A program made the translations under genes and the position numbers. DNA of 64,000 nucleotides from Octopus sinensis. Its lineage: Eukaryota. Shown here in pieces: positions 51,451 through 64,000 of the stretch. The notes beneath the pieces were generated by a model, which had not been told where the DNA came from, ran no database searches, and was given only the letters and a program-made list of their open reading frames with translations. Position 1 is the stretch's first letter, and every line of letters starts with the position of its first letter. The stretch covers positions 248,001-312,000 of the forward strand of contig NC_042998.1 of assembly GCF_006345805.1 (NCBI RefSeq), read 5' to 3'.

Positions 51451-52275
51451 AAAGTTTTTAAAAAAATGTAAAAGCAATAACTGTAGCAAGAGCAACAACA
51501 CAAACAACATTGTTGTAGAAGTAATCTCAATGTCTGTTTCAGACAGTTATATTTTCTGACTTCTGCCAAACCTGTAACATCATGTCTAGGATTATTCGTG
51601 CAGTTTTTCCTCAAAAGAACTTTATCTGACATTTCACTTCTGGTTCCAAGCCAAAAGTTTAAAATAAGGGATGCAAATATTTTTTTTATAACCACCACCT
51701 TGAAAAAAAAAACAACAAAAATCATAAAAACTAAAAAAATGGAAAGAAAAGCTCTCAAATAATCAATGTGGTTACAAACATTTTGTCTACAATATGTATT
51801 TTTCTGTATCAATCCTCAAGTGGTTAATTTATATAATCTACTTAAATCATTAGGAATCACTGTTGTGATTGTTATAGTTGTGGAGCTAAAGTGTTGGACT
51901 ACTGACCACATGGTCAGGAGTTCAAACCTTGCTACTTCAGCTATTGTATTGTTTCTTTTGAGCATGCCAGCCAATGAGGAGAGGGCCTCAATGTGGTCAC
52001 TCAACCTACAAGAAATAATGACTAAATCTTTCTCAAATCACTCACATAGTAGTCTTCTTTTTTGTTTTGATAAAAAGAGAAAGGTGCTCTTTGGATAATG
52101 TAGTTTGAAGTAATTTATGCCTGAAAATCTAGATTGGGCATGTCTAGACTTTCTTTGATAATAGGTCTACTTCAACAAGGCTGATTCCACATGAAATCAG
52201 CCTTGCATAGACAGGAAAACGAAACAAAGAACTCTTCTGCCACAATAGGCTTTACCACTAAACAGTTGAGTAGTT

Positions 52276-52605
52276 CATCATCATCATCATCATCATTTAA
52301 CGTCCGTTTTCCATGCTAGCATGGGTTGGACGGTTCAACCGGGGTCTGGTAAGCCATGGAGGCTGCACCAAGCTCTAGTCTGATTTGGCAGTGTTTCTAC
52401 AGCTGGATGCCCTTCCTAATGCCAACCACTCCATGAGTGTAGTGGGTGTTTTTTACGTGCCATCAGCACAGGAGCCAGGGGAGTCTGGCAAACAGCCACG
52501 ATCGGTTGGTACTTTTACATGTCACCGACACGGATGCCAGTCAGGTGACGCTAGTATCTGCCACGTTTGGACAGTGCTTTTTACATGTCACTGGCACTGG
52601 TGTCT
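52276..52605 (-). mobile_element. Short 3'-end copy of the same RTE family (others at about 41050-41325 +, 59737-59927 +, 16590-16830 +, 19040-19230 +)
   Basis: Shared ...ggttggcattaggaagggcatccagctgtagaaac...catgctagcatggaaaacggacgttaaa(tga)n terminus. Confidence 0.8.
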
Positions 52606-55600
52606 TAAATACAATTTCCATTTGAATTTTTAGGAAAGACGTTCAGCAGTAAAAAAAAAAAAAATCCTAACAATGAATGAATAAACACAGTCCCATCTAA
52701 CAACGTAAGGAGAAAATCCTCAGTAATATCTCAGAAAATAATAGCCATAAAAAGGCTCTCATTAATATTGTCTACAATCTAAAGTATGCCAGCAATATCT
52801 ATAATGAAACTTAAGTAACAGTAGATATCAGTAATGAAGGTAATTGTGGATATCAGCAATGATACTTAGATAAAGAGGGATATGGGTAGTGGTACTTAGC
52901 AGGTATGCGCCTTACAGGTTAGGATGTTGGGTTCATGATTGTAAAATTGTGGGTTTAATTTCAAGACAAGGTGGGAGTGCATTGTGTTTTTGAGCAAAGC
53001 ACAGTTGCTCCAATCTAATAATGAGTACCAACTGAGAACTGGTGCAGCCCTCTCTCCCTCTAGCTGTAACACGAAATAGAAGAATAGCACTATATATGGT
53101 TTTTGAATTTTTTCAAGGCTTCCAAGGCTGATTAAGAGAAAGTTATTTTCAGAGATGAGCCCTGACTCAAACACATCCTATAACAGAGAGGATGCGTAAA
53201 AGACACCCATGTATCAGGTGATGGTGTTAAACTTGTATAGCCAGTTGAATATCTACAGGTTTCCATATATCACCTACCTCTTGGTAATATACACTGAGTA
53301 AATGTTGTTTGAAGCAAATATGTTGTTGAAACAAATATTTCTTTGCAGAAATTTTTCACCAAGAAATTTACAAAGCTATGAACCGCATAATGTTTACGAA
53401 GTGTTGGAATTGGTAAAATAAGTTTAACACAAAAAGAAAGTAAACTTCATCACATCTGTGCACTTAGATTTGGTCAAGCAGAAACTTGCAGAACTAATTA
53501 ATACAAGGAATCACAAAAACATATGAAATGTATCATTTTTAAGGAAAGGCAGTAGTACTTGGCTCAAGACTGACAAAATGTGGTTTCATGAATTAAATTA
53601 TAAAGTTTATACAATGCATGTCATTCCTCCTTTGAAACGAATTTCAATAATTTATATTGTTTGTGTATTTATCAACACCTCAATGTACCATGTAACTTTT
53701 TGAATAAATTTGTCTGTACATTTTTATTACAATTATAAATTCTTTTTCCCACGCTTGCATAACTTTGATATCATCTCTCTTTTTTTTATTTTTACATGTT
53801 CAAATTGTTTAAGTTAAGTATTTGAATGCTGGATGACCTTCTTGACAACTCAGCTATGAAGAGGAGTGGCAGATTGAGGTAAACAAAAAGTGTCTTGCTT
53901 GAAGGCACAATGCAATGTTTGTGTATTGTAATCAGAGTTGTCTTCCCTTAAACTTGCATAATATACAATATGCAGGCGTTGTTGCAGTCTGGGGGCTTGT
54001 GTACCTCGATGACAATAAAAACTATGCCAGTGAAATGCAATCTTATGGTAGGGTGTCCTATACTGGACAGATCAAAAGATAGAGGCCAAACTAATATAGA
54101 CAACCCCAACCTGGGGTAAAAATGGGCTTGTGTAGGGCCAACAGCTCCATCTAGAAAAACAAAGTTACAGAAGCATCAATGACAATTCAAAACCAACAGG
54201 ACCAGAGAAAAGGAAGCCATCCTCCAGGGAAACACAGAAATATAGGCAAAATACAGACTAAGACTGAGTGGAAAAAGCAGGGGTACAGCTGGAGAGAAGC
54301 AGAAAAGACAGCTCTGTGTTGGGGGAGAAAAAGTGGTGATGGCCTTTACTCCATAGGGAGGAAGGGAATGGCTAAGTAATAACATATATGTATGAGCAGT
54401 AAATAAGTGGCTGCTGAATGATTTTGAATGGTTAAGAAGTATGCTTTGCATTCTTAGGTTGACTCAGGAATGAAACTGGGAAAATGGCAACCAGAGGAGT
54501 TTTTGAACTTATAATTTAATGGTACACCTTTTCCACATGCTTGGTCCAGCCTGAGAATCACATTAAGGGTGCACATACCAGTGGAATACTCAGCCACTTA
54601 CATGTTAAGTCAATGAGCAAGTTGTTCAGTTAATTAAACAGCTTGTGTCAAAACACATTATTCCCCCATTTTGAAGATGGTAAAGGTGAAATTTGGTGAT
54701 GCAGATTTGACTATGATGTCGAGGCAGAAGTGGAACTGTGGAGAAGGGCCCTTGTTTGCTTGCACAGTGCATGAATTTATTTCCCACTTCCTTTAGAATT
54801 ACAAACAACTAATACTAAATTTTAATTTCTTTTGTTGATCAAAGCAGCTTTTCTGATGAGGTCCAGCAAGATTGCTTTTGTGTTTTAGCACAAAGTCAAC
54901 AATTTGGGGGAAGGATAGGTTGATTGGATTGACTTCAGTGCCCCAGCACTCAACAGGTACTTATTTTATTGACTCTGAAAAGATGAAAGGCAAAGTCAAC
55001 CTTGGTGGGATTTGAACTCAGAATGCAAAGACAAACAAAATGCAGCTAGGCATTCTGCCTGTTGTCCTAACAATTCTGCCAGCTCACTGCCTTGTGAGTG
55101 TCAGTAAGACTGACTGACTGCCCACCACCACCACCACCACCACCACCACATCACCTGCAAATAAAAATCAGATTTCCATCCAAGGCACACAGACATTTTG
55201 TGTGATTAATTCTCAAAGACTTGAAATTATTCCATTTTTCATTAGCATCACTAACAATTACTGCTAAGTTTTAGATTTCTTTCCTCAACAAAGGGGAAAA
55301 TTACAATTAATTGAGAATTATCTGCATTTCATTCAGTACATCATCTCATATTTATCTAACAACATACCACTAGCTCACTCGATTTATTTATTTCATTTTT
55401 TTTTCTATTTTTAATTATGCAAATTACTACTTTCCAAAACTCTTCGCAAATATTTGTAAAAAAAAGTATTCTGTCTATTATTCTACAGAATAATAGACAT
55501 TTTAATTCTATTATTCTGTAAAATAATATTTCATTAGTTTAAATGTACACAAATGCATAAAAATAATTTTTAATTCCATTAGACATTCTAAAATACTATT

Positions 55601-57641
55601 AAACTTCATTCAATTTTAAAAAAGGTAAAATCAGACAGAACTTATGGGATGACCTGATATTATTGTGCTTGGAAACATGTAAAAAGTGGTGACAGGAAGG
55701 GCATCCAGCCACAGAAAATCTGCTTCAATACAACTCAATCTGATCCATGCAAGTATGGAAAAATGGACATTATAAAAAAATGACAACAAACGATAAAGAA
55801 AAAAGAATCACTGACACATGTACAGCTAAAGATGAGTGTCAATTTGTCTGCAGTCTTTATCTTGAGAAAAGAACAGTTTTAGTTTGCAGCCTGGGTAATA
55901 ATTGTGAAGTATGAAACATGTAGTTATAACAAGATAACAGATATGTCTGATGAATCAGAATACTTACTTTATCAAGGTATGCTATACGTACTCATGGTGC
56001 TTCATTGCTCCTATTTTCTTTGATAGTAATGTAGCTGGTAGTGAATCACTTACAGATTTTAATTGAAGTAATTAATTGAATGAGTAACTTTGCTGTCTAA
56101 CAAATACTATTAAGTAGCTGAATATCTATTCCTGGCTGTTAACCTTATATCTGGTGTTAATTTACCTGATAAACTGATGGCATCTGTTCAAGGAGGGAAG
56201 ATTTTTACATAACTTTTGGTGGCTGTTGGGAATGTTGAGTCAGCTGATAAAGTGAAATTTGCACCACCACCACTGCCACTATAACCATCATCACTACCAC
56301 TACTTCTACTATGCAAAATTGGTGAATGAAATCAAGATATTTTTGCAAGTTTCACAGAAATGAGGAAGACCATAGTAAAACTGTATATATAGGTGTTACA
56401 GAAAACTGAAAATTTTTGTTTAATCTCTTTTATGCTAGAGACAAATTTCTCACTATCAAAACAAAATGGTAGAAATTTTATTGAATATTTGAATTTGATG
56501 ATTTGGCAGACAATTTAGCTGGTAGAAATGTTGGCACGCTGGGCAAAATGCACAGACGTATTTCGTCTGCCGTTATGTTCTGAGTTCAAATTCTGCTGAG
56601 GTTGACTTTGCCTTTCATCCTTTCGGGGTCAATAAATTTAATACCAGTTACGCACTGGGGTTGATATAATCGACTTAATCCATTTGTCTGTCCTTGTCTG
56701 TCCTCTCTGTGTTTAGCCCCTGGTGGGTAGTAAAGAAATAGGTTTTACAAACATTGATCATTAGTCTGAATGACATCTCAATAAAATGCCAACTAAATTC
56801 AAGGAAGCTCATCCTTATGACCCGACTAAAAGCTGTAGTCATTGCATAAAAAACTGAGAAAGCCAGTAGAAACTCAAGTAGTGTTAAATCTATATATGTA
56901 CAATATTAAAATAAAAAGAAAAGCTGGTGAAGAGCTGTAGAAATGTGTAATAGTGGTCACTAAGTTGAAGTCCAGTTTTACCGGGGGGGGGGATGTTATA
57001 GATATGGCAAGTATGGACTTTTCTAATGCATTTCTAAGACATGGCTCTATTAGTGTATGTTCCTAAATCAGTTTGAAGAGATCCAAGATCTACATAATCT
57101 TCATCTCTAGTCGCTGGTTTCTTGAATGAAGTACATTCTTTCAGCTGTCATGATGTACATAGTGATTGTAAGTAAGTGTTATTTACTGTTCCTATTTTAG
57201 TTATAACTTTGAAGACCTTCTCAGCTATTTAACTTTATGTGTATTACATAAAGCTAAAGGGAAAAAAATCCCACAAATTTCCATTTGAAATAATGTTTAA
57301 TTATTTCAAATTTGATTTTTAATGTTTGCCTTTATTTGTGGTTATAATCACACATTAACATGAACACTAAAATAAGTATAAAGAGAATTAACAGTTAACT
57401 AAAATTTTTGTTATATGACATCATGGCAGACCTGAAATGTAAACATTCAAACATCATCACTATTTTACCAAAATCCTGCTACATTTCACATGGAATTTTT
57501 GGTTGTTCAAAGATGTCTTGATGTGTAAGATGACCTATTCTTTTTTGGCTGTAAATTCTCATATGAAAAATTATACCAGAAAATGTTATAGTAATAGTAT
57601 AACATTTATACGGATATTAAATGTTGATGAAAATGATAATA

Positions 57642-58205
57642 TTGGGTTGTCCGGAAAGGTCGTGCTGATTTTTAAAGGAAAGGAAAAGGTCAATAAATAC
57701 TTACCATTACATTTTTGATGAACCAAATATGAACCATTTTGTTGTACAATACATCTCCATCTTTCCTTTAACTTGAAAATACCCTCTTCCCAGAATTGAG
57801 GTGGTTTCATGGCAAAGAATTCATCAAGGTATCTTTTTACATCATCCAAGGAATTGAAATTTTTACCATTAAGACTATTCTGCAGAGACCTGAATAACTG
57901 GAAATCCAAAGGAGCAATATCTGGCGAATATGGAGGGTGGGGTAACATCCCAGCCGAGCTTCAGCAATTTTTGTCTGGTTCCTGAAGCATCAATTGCCGA
58001 AAATGAACTTTCTTATCTTCCATTTTAAAGGGATACAGAATTAACACAGGTTATAGGAACATAAACCTCCTTTCATGAAAAGATAGCTTAAACTGTTCTC
58101 TAAATGGAGGTGTAGTCAAATCCTGTTTTATGAAAACAACCATGTTCTAAAATAAGTCGAAAGGTAAGCTACTATAAATCGGCACGAACTTTCTGGACAA
58201 CCCAA
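57642..58205 (-). mobile_element. Internally deleted mariner element
   Basis: TIRs TTGGGTTGTCC(G/A)GAAAG(G/T)TCGTGC(T/C)GATTT with TA flanks. ORF 57586..57948 has HPPYSPDIAPLDFQLF...WRCIVQQNGSY. Confidence 0.9.
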
Positions 58206-58700
58206 TATATAAAATAAGGTTACACTGATACCACTTCATATAGCAGATTTTTATAGGGCTATGTCATCTTTTTATGACAAACTGCTAGGTCACACCAATC
58301 CAGTAAATAATTAGGCTACAATTAATATTACCCCCATCAGCTGCCTGGTATGTAACTAGATTAGATTGATGGATTTGGGTTATTATCCCAAATACTGATA
58401 TCTTGAAAATATATTTTATGGCATATGGAGTTTATTTTAGAGAGATTTGAAACTTTTGGGACTCTAATCTTTTGTGTTTTCAATATTTGGGGTTGTGTTA
58501 CAGACCCAGTTGTCTTATGTACTGACATAGATGGTAACTTATACTGATGTGACCCACAAACCAGTTCAGTATATAACTGTGTTACACCGAGATGATTCAT
58601 ATCCAACAATTAGCTCTACAATTAACTCACAGTAACAGGAGTCATAAACTCCTTAGATGTATAATTAAATTATACTGACATGATCCACAACAATCTAGTA

Positions 58701-58917
58701 TGAGGGTGTGCTGAAAAGTTCCTGGCTTTAGGTAAAAGACAATACAGGGGGATCAGTTAATTATGATTTTATTGAACATATTCCCCTCTTGGATTCACAC
58801 ACTTACTGCAGCAGTCCTTCAGTTTTACTAAGCCCTGTAAAAGAACTTGGAAAATTGGGCCTCTGATCAGGCTTTTCATGATACCCTTAAAGTCAGGAAA
58901 TTTTCAGCACACCTTCA
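58701..58917. mobile_element. Mariner-derived MITE (~217 bp)
   Basis: TA|tgagggtgtgctgaaaagttcctggcttta ... taaagtcaggaaattttcagcacaccttca|TA. A second copy lies in the opposite orientation at 15853-16070. Confidence 0.8.
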
Positions 58918-59199
58918 TAGATAACAACATTACACTAACCCACCAATTCAATATATTATATATTACACCAACATGACTCACACAAGTGCCTGGTATTTAG
59001 GGTAAACACGTGTGCTGAAGGTACTGCTGTACTCTGTCTCTGAATGCAGGAGTCAATATCTCATCAGGTAGTAAAGCAAGACCCTTCCACTGTAGTACCA
59101 GAGCTGCCTGGGGTCACCCACTGATGTAGGTGATAAAAGTCCCACAACAGAATGAGCTTTGTTGAGTGACTCTGGGCCAGATGTGACCACCATTCTCAA

Positions 59200-59520
59200 T
59201 ACTTGTTCTTACTCAACCACTTGTCCTTCTATAGTCAAATGTAATAACTTGTTTTCTCAGTGGCTTCCAACAATTTTCTAGAAACATCTTTTGTCTCCTT
59301 CATAGCTAGTCCAACACTCATGAGTATAAAGTGAACCCTGGTTTTGACAAATTCTCTAACATCTATCTCTACAGGAAGGCATATTATTTCCCACCAATAG
59401 TTTTCACAGAGTTCAACTAATGCCTTCATTTTTTGTCTTTCCTGAGGAAATTGCCAGCTCTACCATCTTTGCACCATATGACAAGGTTGCATTTTTTGAC
59501 GGTAAAAAGTAGGAAGTGAT
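59200..59520 (-). mobile_element. Degraded RLE-type (HERO-like) non-LTR C-terminus
   Basis: ORF 59235..59429 (ALVELCENYWWEIICLPVEIDVREFV...ATEKTS) resembles the KY..L...C...GW...PVEVG.RGF...AE.AS end of HERO-like elements. Judged from memory only. Confidence 0.45.
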
Positions 59521-60279
59521 TTGTACCATCAAGATCAACACAGACCTTCTCATTCCTTTACAGTGGCTAGCTTGCAGCATTCACCTTCCTTGCAAAACTT
59601 TATCTTCCCATGCTTCACTATCTGTGGTCCTTCACCATTGTTAATTTGCTTTACCTCTCTGTTACAGCACCAGCCAATACTCTACTTGGTTATGCCACCA
59701 TCTGTATCTGTACTCCAGACCTAGTGGGCAATTGTACACGTAAAATGCACCCACTACACTCACGAAGTGGTTGGCATTAGGAAGGGCATTCAGCTGTAGA
59801 AACACTGCCAGATCAGACTGGTGCTTGGTGCAGCCTCCTGGCTTCCCAGACCCCGGTTGAACCGTCCAACCCATGCTTGCATGGAAAACGGACGTTAAAC
59901 GATGATGATGATGGTGATGATGATGATATCTCAACATGCCAGCCTTTCCACTTTTGCACAGACTAATTGCCTCTATTTTCCAGCACTTTAAATTTGTAGG
60001 ACTAGAAAGCATATCGTAGAGGGAGCAAATCAGAAAATCATATCATTGTATCACAATGTAACTTCTCACATAATATCAGTCAAATAAGTTACTGTGTTAC
60101 AATGATATGACTCACACATAGTTGAATATATAACTATGTTACACCAACATGAACCTAGAATATGATTATATCACAGTAACAATGACCCATACACAATGGA
60201 ATTTTGTATAAAAGATAGAGCAAAAATAAAATTTTTGCAGTGGCTTTAAATGAATCAATGTTACACACACATATATATA

Positions 60280-61119
60280 CAGGGTGCAGTGAATAAACTG
60301 TCATCTAGATTACACAAAATTGAAAATAACACTGACATCTCATTTTAACAGATATATTTGCCAAAATTACATAAAAATATCTTGAAATACTAAAGAGTAA
60401 ATTCATTCAATAAAATCACCATTGGCTTCAACCACGGCCTCTAGACAACTTCAGAATCTCCTGCAACTCTTCTGGATGGTCTCTTTGCTTAAGTTGGTGA
60501 ATGCTGCCATAATCCTTGCCTTCAGTCATCTTTGGTGTTACAAGGAGTTTTGTTGATCTCTTGCTCAACTGCACCCCACACATAATAACCAAAGGGGTTG
60601 CAGTCTGGGAAGTTAGGTGGCCAGATGTTAGGGGTAATGTGGTTGCAGCAATTGTCTGACAGCCATGACTGGGTTCTCCTGCTTGTGTGGCATGGTGCAG
60701 AGTCCTGTTGCTCAACACAGGGTCTTCCAGCAGCCACCCTCTTGACTCAGGGCAGCACTACCTCCTCCAGGCATTTGATGTAAGCCTCCATGTTGAGTTT
60801 GAGGCCATGTGGGAAGATGAATGGAGGCATAACATTGTCATCACTAGTGATCACTCTAAACATCACAATGTTGATTGGATGCTTGATTTTTAACATTTTT
60901 GGTAAATGTTCATACTGGAGCTTCCAGCACAAATGCCAAGCAGTATAGCATGTTGTTTCCAAATTTCTGGCAGAGTGAAATGTGTCATGGTGCCATTTTT
61001 CTCACAGACGGTGCCCAACTAACCCTTCTATACTGTGTAATCGACAAAATCAAAAACAAACAATGCGTATGCCTGAAACTAAAAATATAAAATTGTAACA
61101 ATTAACCCATCACACCCTG
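60280..61119 (-). mobile_element. maT-type (DD37D) Tc1/mariner remnant
   Basis: CAGGGTG...CACCCTG ends. ORFs 60747..60962 and 60522..60737 with QQDSAPCH...WPPNFPDCNPF(G)YYVWG. I count 37 residues between D2 and the mutated D3 position. Confidence 0.8.
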
Positions 61120-61903
61120 CACACACACACATATATACACACACACATACATACATAACACATGATGACCCAAAATAAAGTTTTACAGTGAATTGGCAGA
61201 AGGTATGTGCACATAAAGTGAACAGAAAAAAATGCTTCAAAGATTCACTCAAAGCCTCACTGAAGTGCTTTCAGATAAAATGTTTACATTCATCACAATT
61301 TGAATCTAACGTATGATAGCGTCTCATAAAGCGAGATTTCTATATATTTTAAATTTGCGGAAGAATTTGTGGTGTGGGTGGATTAGCTTAATGGTTCAGA
61401 GCACCGCGATGCGTAATCACAGAAGTGTTTCATAGCTGGCTGCCAACACTTTTTTCTACAAAATAGGGGCATCTTATCCTGTTCAGCTATATTATTAGCA
61501 TTATCCTGCGTTTGAGAATTTAAAATCACTTCTTTAACTTTCTAAGACATCTCAACGCTTCTAAAGCAAACTTCGTTTGTTTGTTTATGTTCATTGTAAT
61601 TTGAATTTAATATATATATATATGTATGTATATGTATATATATATGTATATATATATACACACACACATATATATATATATAACAGTTTGATTCAGCTCC
61701 ATATGACAAAAAGTTTCATGAACATATAGAATAAACCCATCTTATCAGATATTGGAAGAAGAATTGAACTGTTATTAAAACTTATATGTAACACTTTCCA
61801 AATGTATCGAGTGTCACTTTTTCTATTTGTTCATTCCCTCATATATATACACACACACCCACATATATCCAACAAAAAGCACAATCTAAAAGATAGACCA
61901 GTA

Positions 61904-62148
61904 ACGTAAATACATTATACATGTAGTTAGATATATGTCTGATCATAGAGTGACCAATGTTTTTGCACCCATAAAGTATTCAGCTTTGTAGACAACTTGT
62001 CAGACTCAAATGACAGAAGACATATGCCTTCTGCCATTAAAGTCAGACAAGCCCTCTATAAAGCAAAGCACTTTATGGGTGCAAAACCATTGGTCACTCT
62101 ATGACCGGACATATATTTAACTCCATGTAAATATGTATATATTTATGT
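61904..62148. repeat. Imperfect fold-back / MITE-like palindrome
   Basis: catagagtgaccaatg.ttttgcacccataaagt pairs with actttatgggtgcaaaaccattggtcactctatg. Inner and outer arms also pair. Confidence 0.85.
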
Positions 62149-62499
62149 AAAAGAATAAATGGTATTTCCTCACTTGGTAAAAACCAAAATTTATGCAATG
62201 TGTAATATTTTTAAGCAGTAAATATTTTTTCTTTACTCCTCTAAATAAATGGAGCTTCAGGACTAACTGTGTCGCACACACTCACAATATTGTTTCCATG
62301 ACTGATTGACTCCAAGAAAGAAAGAAGTGATAAAAAAATGTTTACTTGTCTGTTGAATAAAAAAAAAACAAAGCAGGTAAACTGGCAGTTACTGTTTTTA
62401 TTGTGAAGTCACAATGAGTTCACCACCTCATCACTCCCCATTCAGCCTAAATGAAAATGGTTATACTCTTCACTGTATGCTGTGTGCATAGATTGACAT

Positions 62500-62725
62500 A
62501 TTTTGGTCATATTACACAGAGATAATCCCTGGAGAAGGACATCATGCTCGGAATGGTCAGTGGCAAGAGAGGAAGAGGCCGACCAAGAACCCGCTGGCTT
62601 GACACCATCAAGAGTGACACGGGAATGGCCATAGCCAATCTGAAAGAAGCCACCCAGGATAGAACTGGCTGGAGAACACTGATCCATCAAGTAACCGAGA
62701 GTTGACTTCAAGTGAGTGGATGGAT
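62500..62725 (+). mobile_element. BovB-like RTE LINE 3' end
   Basis: ctggagaaggacatcatgctcggaatggtcagtggcaagagaggaagaggccgaccaagaacccgctggcttgac encodes LEKDIMLGMVSGKRGRGRPRTRWLD. Reverse complement of 13513-13680. Confidence 0.82.
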
Positions 62726-62810
62726 AGATAGAGTATGCTGTGTGATGCTTGGAACATACTGATGCTTATGTCATTAACCCTTTAGCATTTAAACCAGCCA
62801 TATATGGCTA

Positions 62811-63070
62811 TGTGGAGGCATGTGGCTTAGTGGTTAGGGTGTCAGCATCATGATCGTAATATTGTGGTTTCAATTCCTGGACTGGGTGACGCGTCATGTT
62901 CTTGAGCAAAACACTTCATTTCACGTTGCTTCAGTCCACTCAGCTGGCAAAAATGTGTAACGCTGCGATGGACTGGCGTCTCGTCCAGCTGGGGAACACA
63001 TACGTCATAGAAACTGGGAAACTGGGCCCATGAGCCTGGCTAGGCTTTAAAAGGGCACATTTATTTTTAT
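62811..63070 (+). mobile_element. tRNA-headed SINE with a V/Meta-like core, inserted in a piggyBac-like MITE; related head at 29295-29625 (-)
   Basis: gaggcatgtggcttagtggttagggtg...ttcaattcc head, then ttcttgagcaaaacactt...ctgcgatggactggcgtctcgtccag. Confidence 0.65.
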
Positions 63071-64000
63071 TTATATATGGCTACAATGTTTTATTTTCCA
63101 ACTGGCCAGATCCAACCTCTCACGCTTACCCTACATTATTATTCTAAACAAACAATCACATCATTGAAATCTCTCAAAGCTACAAAGTAATGCATGACTA
63201 GTTCATATCAATGTGAATAAATAAGCATTACATTTGACAGAGAAATCTGAACAATAAAGGGTTAAATGTGTAATGATACCTGCATTACAACAGGTATTTA
63301 TCTTTTACTAGCTTCAGTCATTATAATCCAGCCATGCTGGGGCACCACCTAGAAGAATTTTTTTAGTTGAATGAATCAACCCCAGACTTACTTTTTTGTT
63401 AAGACTGGTACTTACTCCTTCAGTGTCTTTTTGCTGAACCACTAAGTTACAGGGCGGTAAATACACCAACACTGGTCGTCAAGTGATGGGGGGGGGAACA
63501 TGCACACACACACACACACATTCAACAGGCTTCTTTCAGTTTTCTCCTACCAAATCCACTCACAAGGCTTTGGTCAGCCCAAAGCTATAGTAGAAGACAC
63601 TTGCCAAATGTGCCACACAGTAAGGCTGAACCTGGAACCATGTGGTTGGAAAGCAAGCTTCTAACCACACAACCATGCCTGCACCTGTTTAAAAACAAAA
63701 TAAAAACTGTCCCTATAACCTTGAGTGATCATGGTCTTATATTTTTGTTTGCTTAAGCCAGAAAGACACAAAAATATTTTTAATCTAGCTCACCTTTAAG
63801 AATAGTTTACCAAGCCCAGCTCTACATTGAACATTTAGCACTTTGACTTACCTGTGTGATTTTTTCTTTTCTGAGAGCTGCATTTCTTTGAACCTGTTGT
63901 TATTCCTTTCAGTTACCAATGTTTAAAAGTTTAAAATAAACATTACTACTTAATAAACATTCCTGTAGTTAAGAAGCTTACTTCCCAACCATGCAGTCTT

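Overview
AT-rich, microsatellite-dense animal genomic DNA, most likely a coleoid cephalopod such as Octopus. That assignment is inference from the mollusc-type 5S sequence and the repeat families. The only host gene I can support is a NELL-family gene on the minus strand. Seven exons (36640 down to 7081, all GT-AG and phase-compatible, 679 nt) join into one frame: LamG C-terminus, CPTC, coiled coil, vWC, vWC, EGF. Its 5' and 3' exons were not found in the window. Everything else is intronic or intergenic repeat. Non-LTR elements: two near-identical R4/Dong-type restriction-like-endonuclease retrotransposons in (TAA)n arrays, several RTE-clade copies and CR1/L2-group fragments. DNA elements: Tc1/mariner copies (DD36E, DD37D, mariner), Helitron/Helentron-type elements and piggyBac-like MITEs. 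There are at least four tRNA-headed SINE families. The most unusual signals are: (1) degenerate minimal Penelope-type hammerhead ribozyme motifs, one of them in a tRNA-(TAA)n-hammerhead SINE arranged as a fold-back; (2) a 5S-rRNA-headed SINE-like chimera whose tail matches a LINE 3' end 8.7 kb away; (3) a 123-bp higher-order minisatellite grown inside an RTE 3' UTR; (4) five long or compact near-perfect hairpins. No prokaryotic features or CRISPR arrays.
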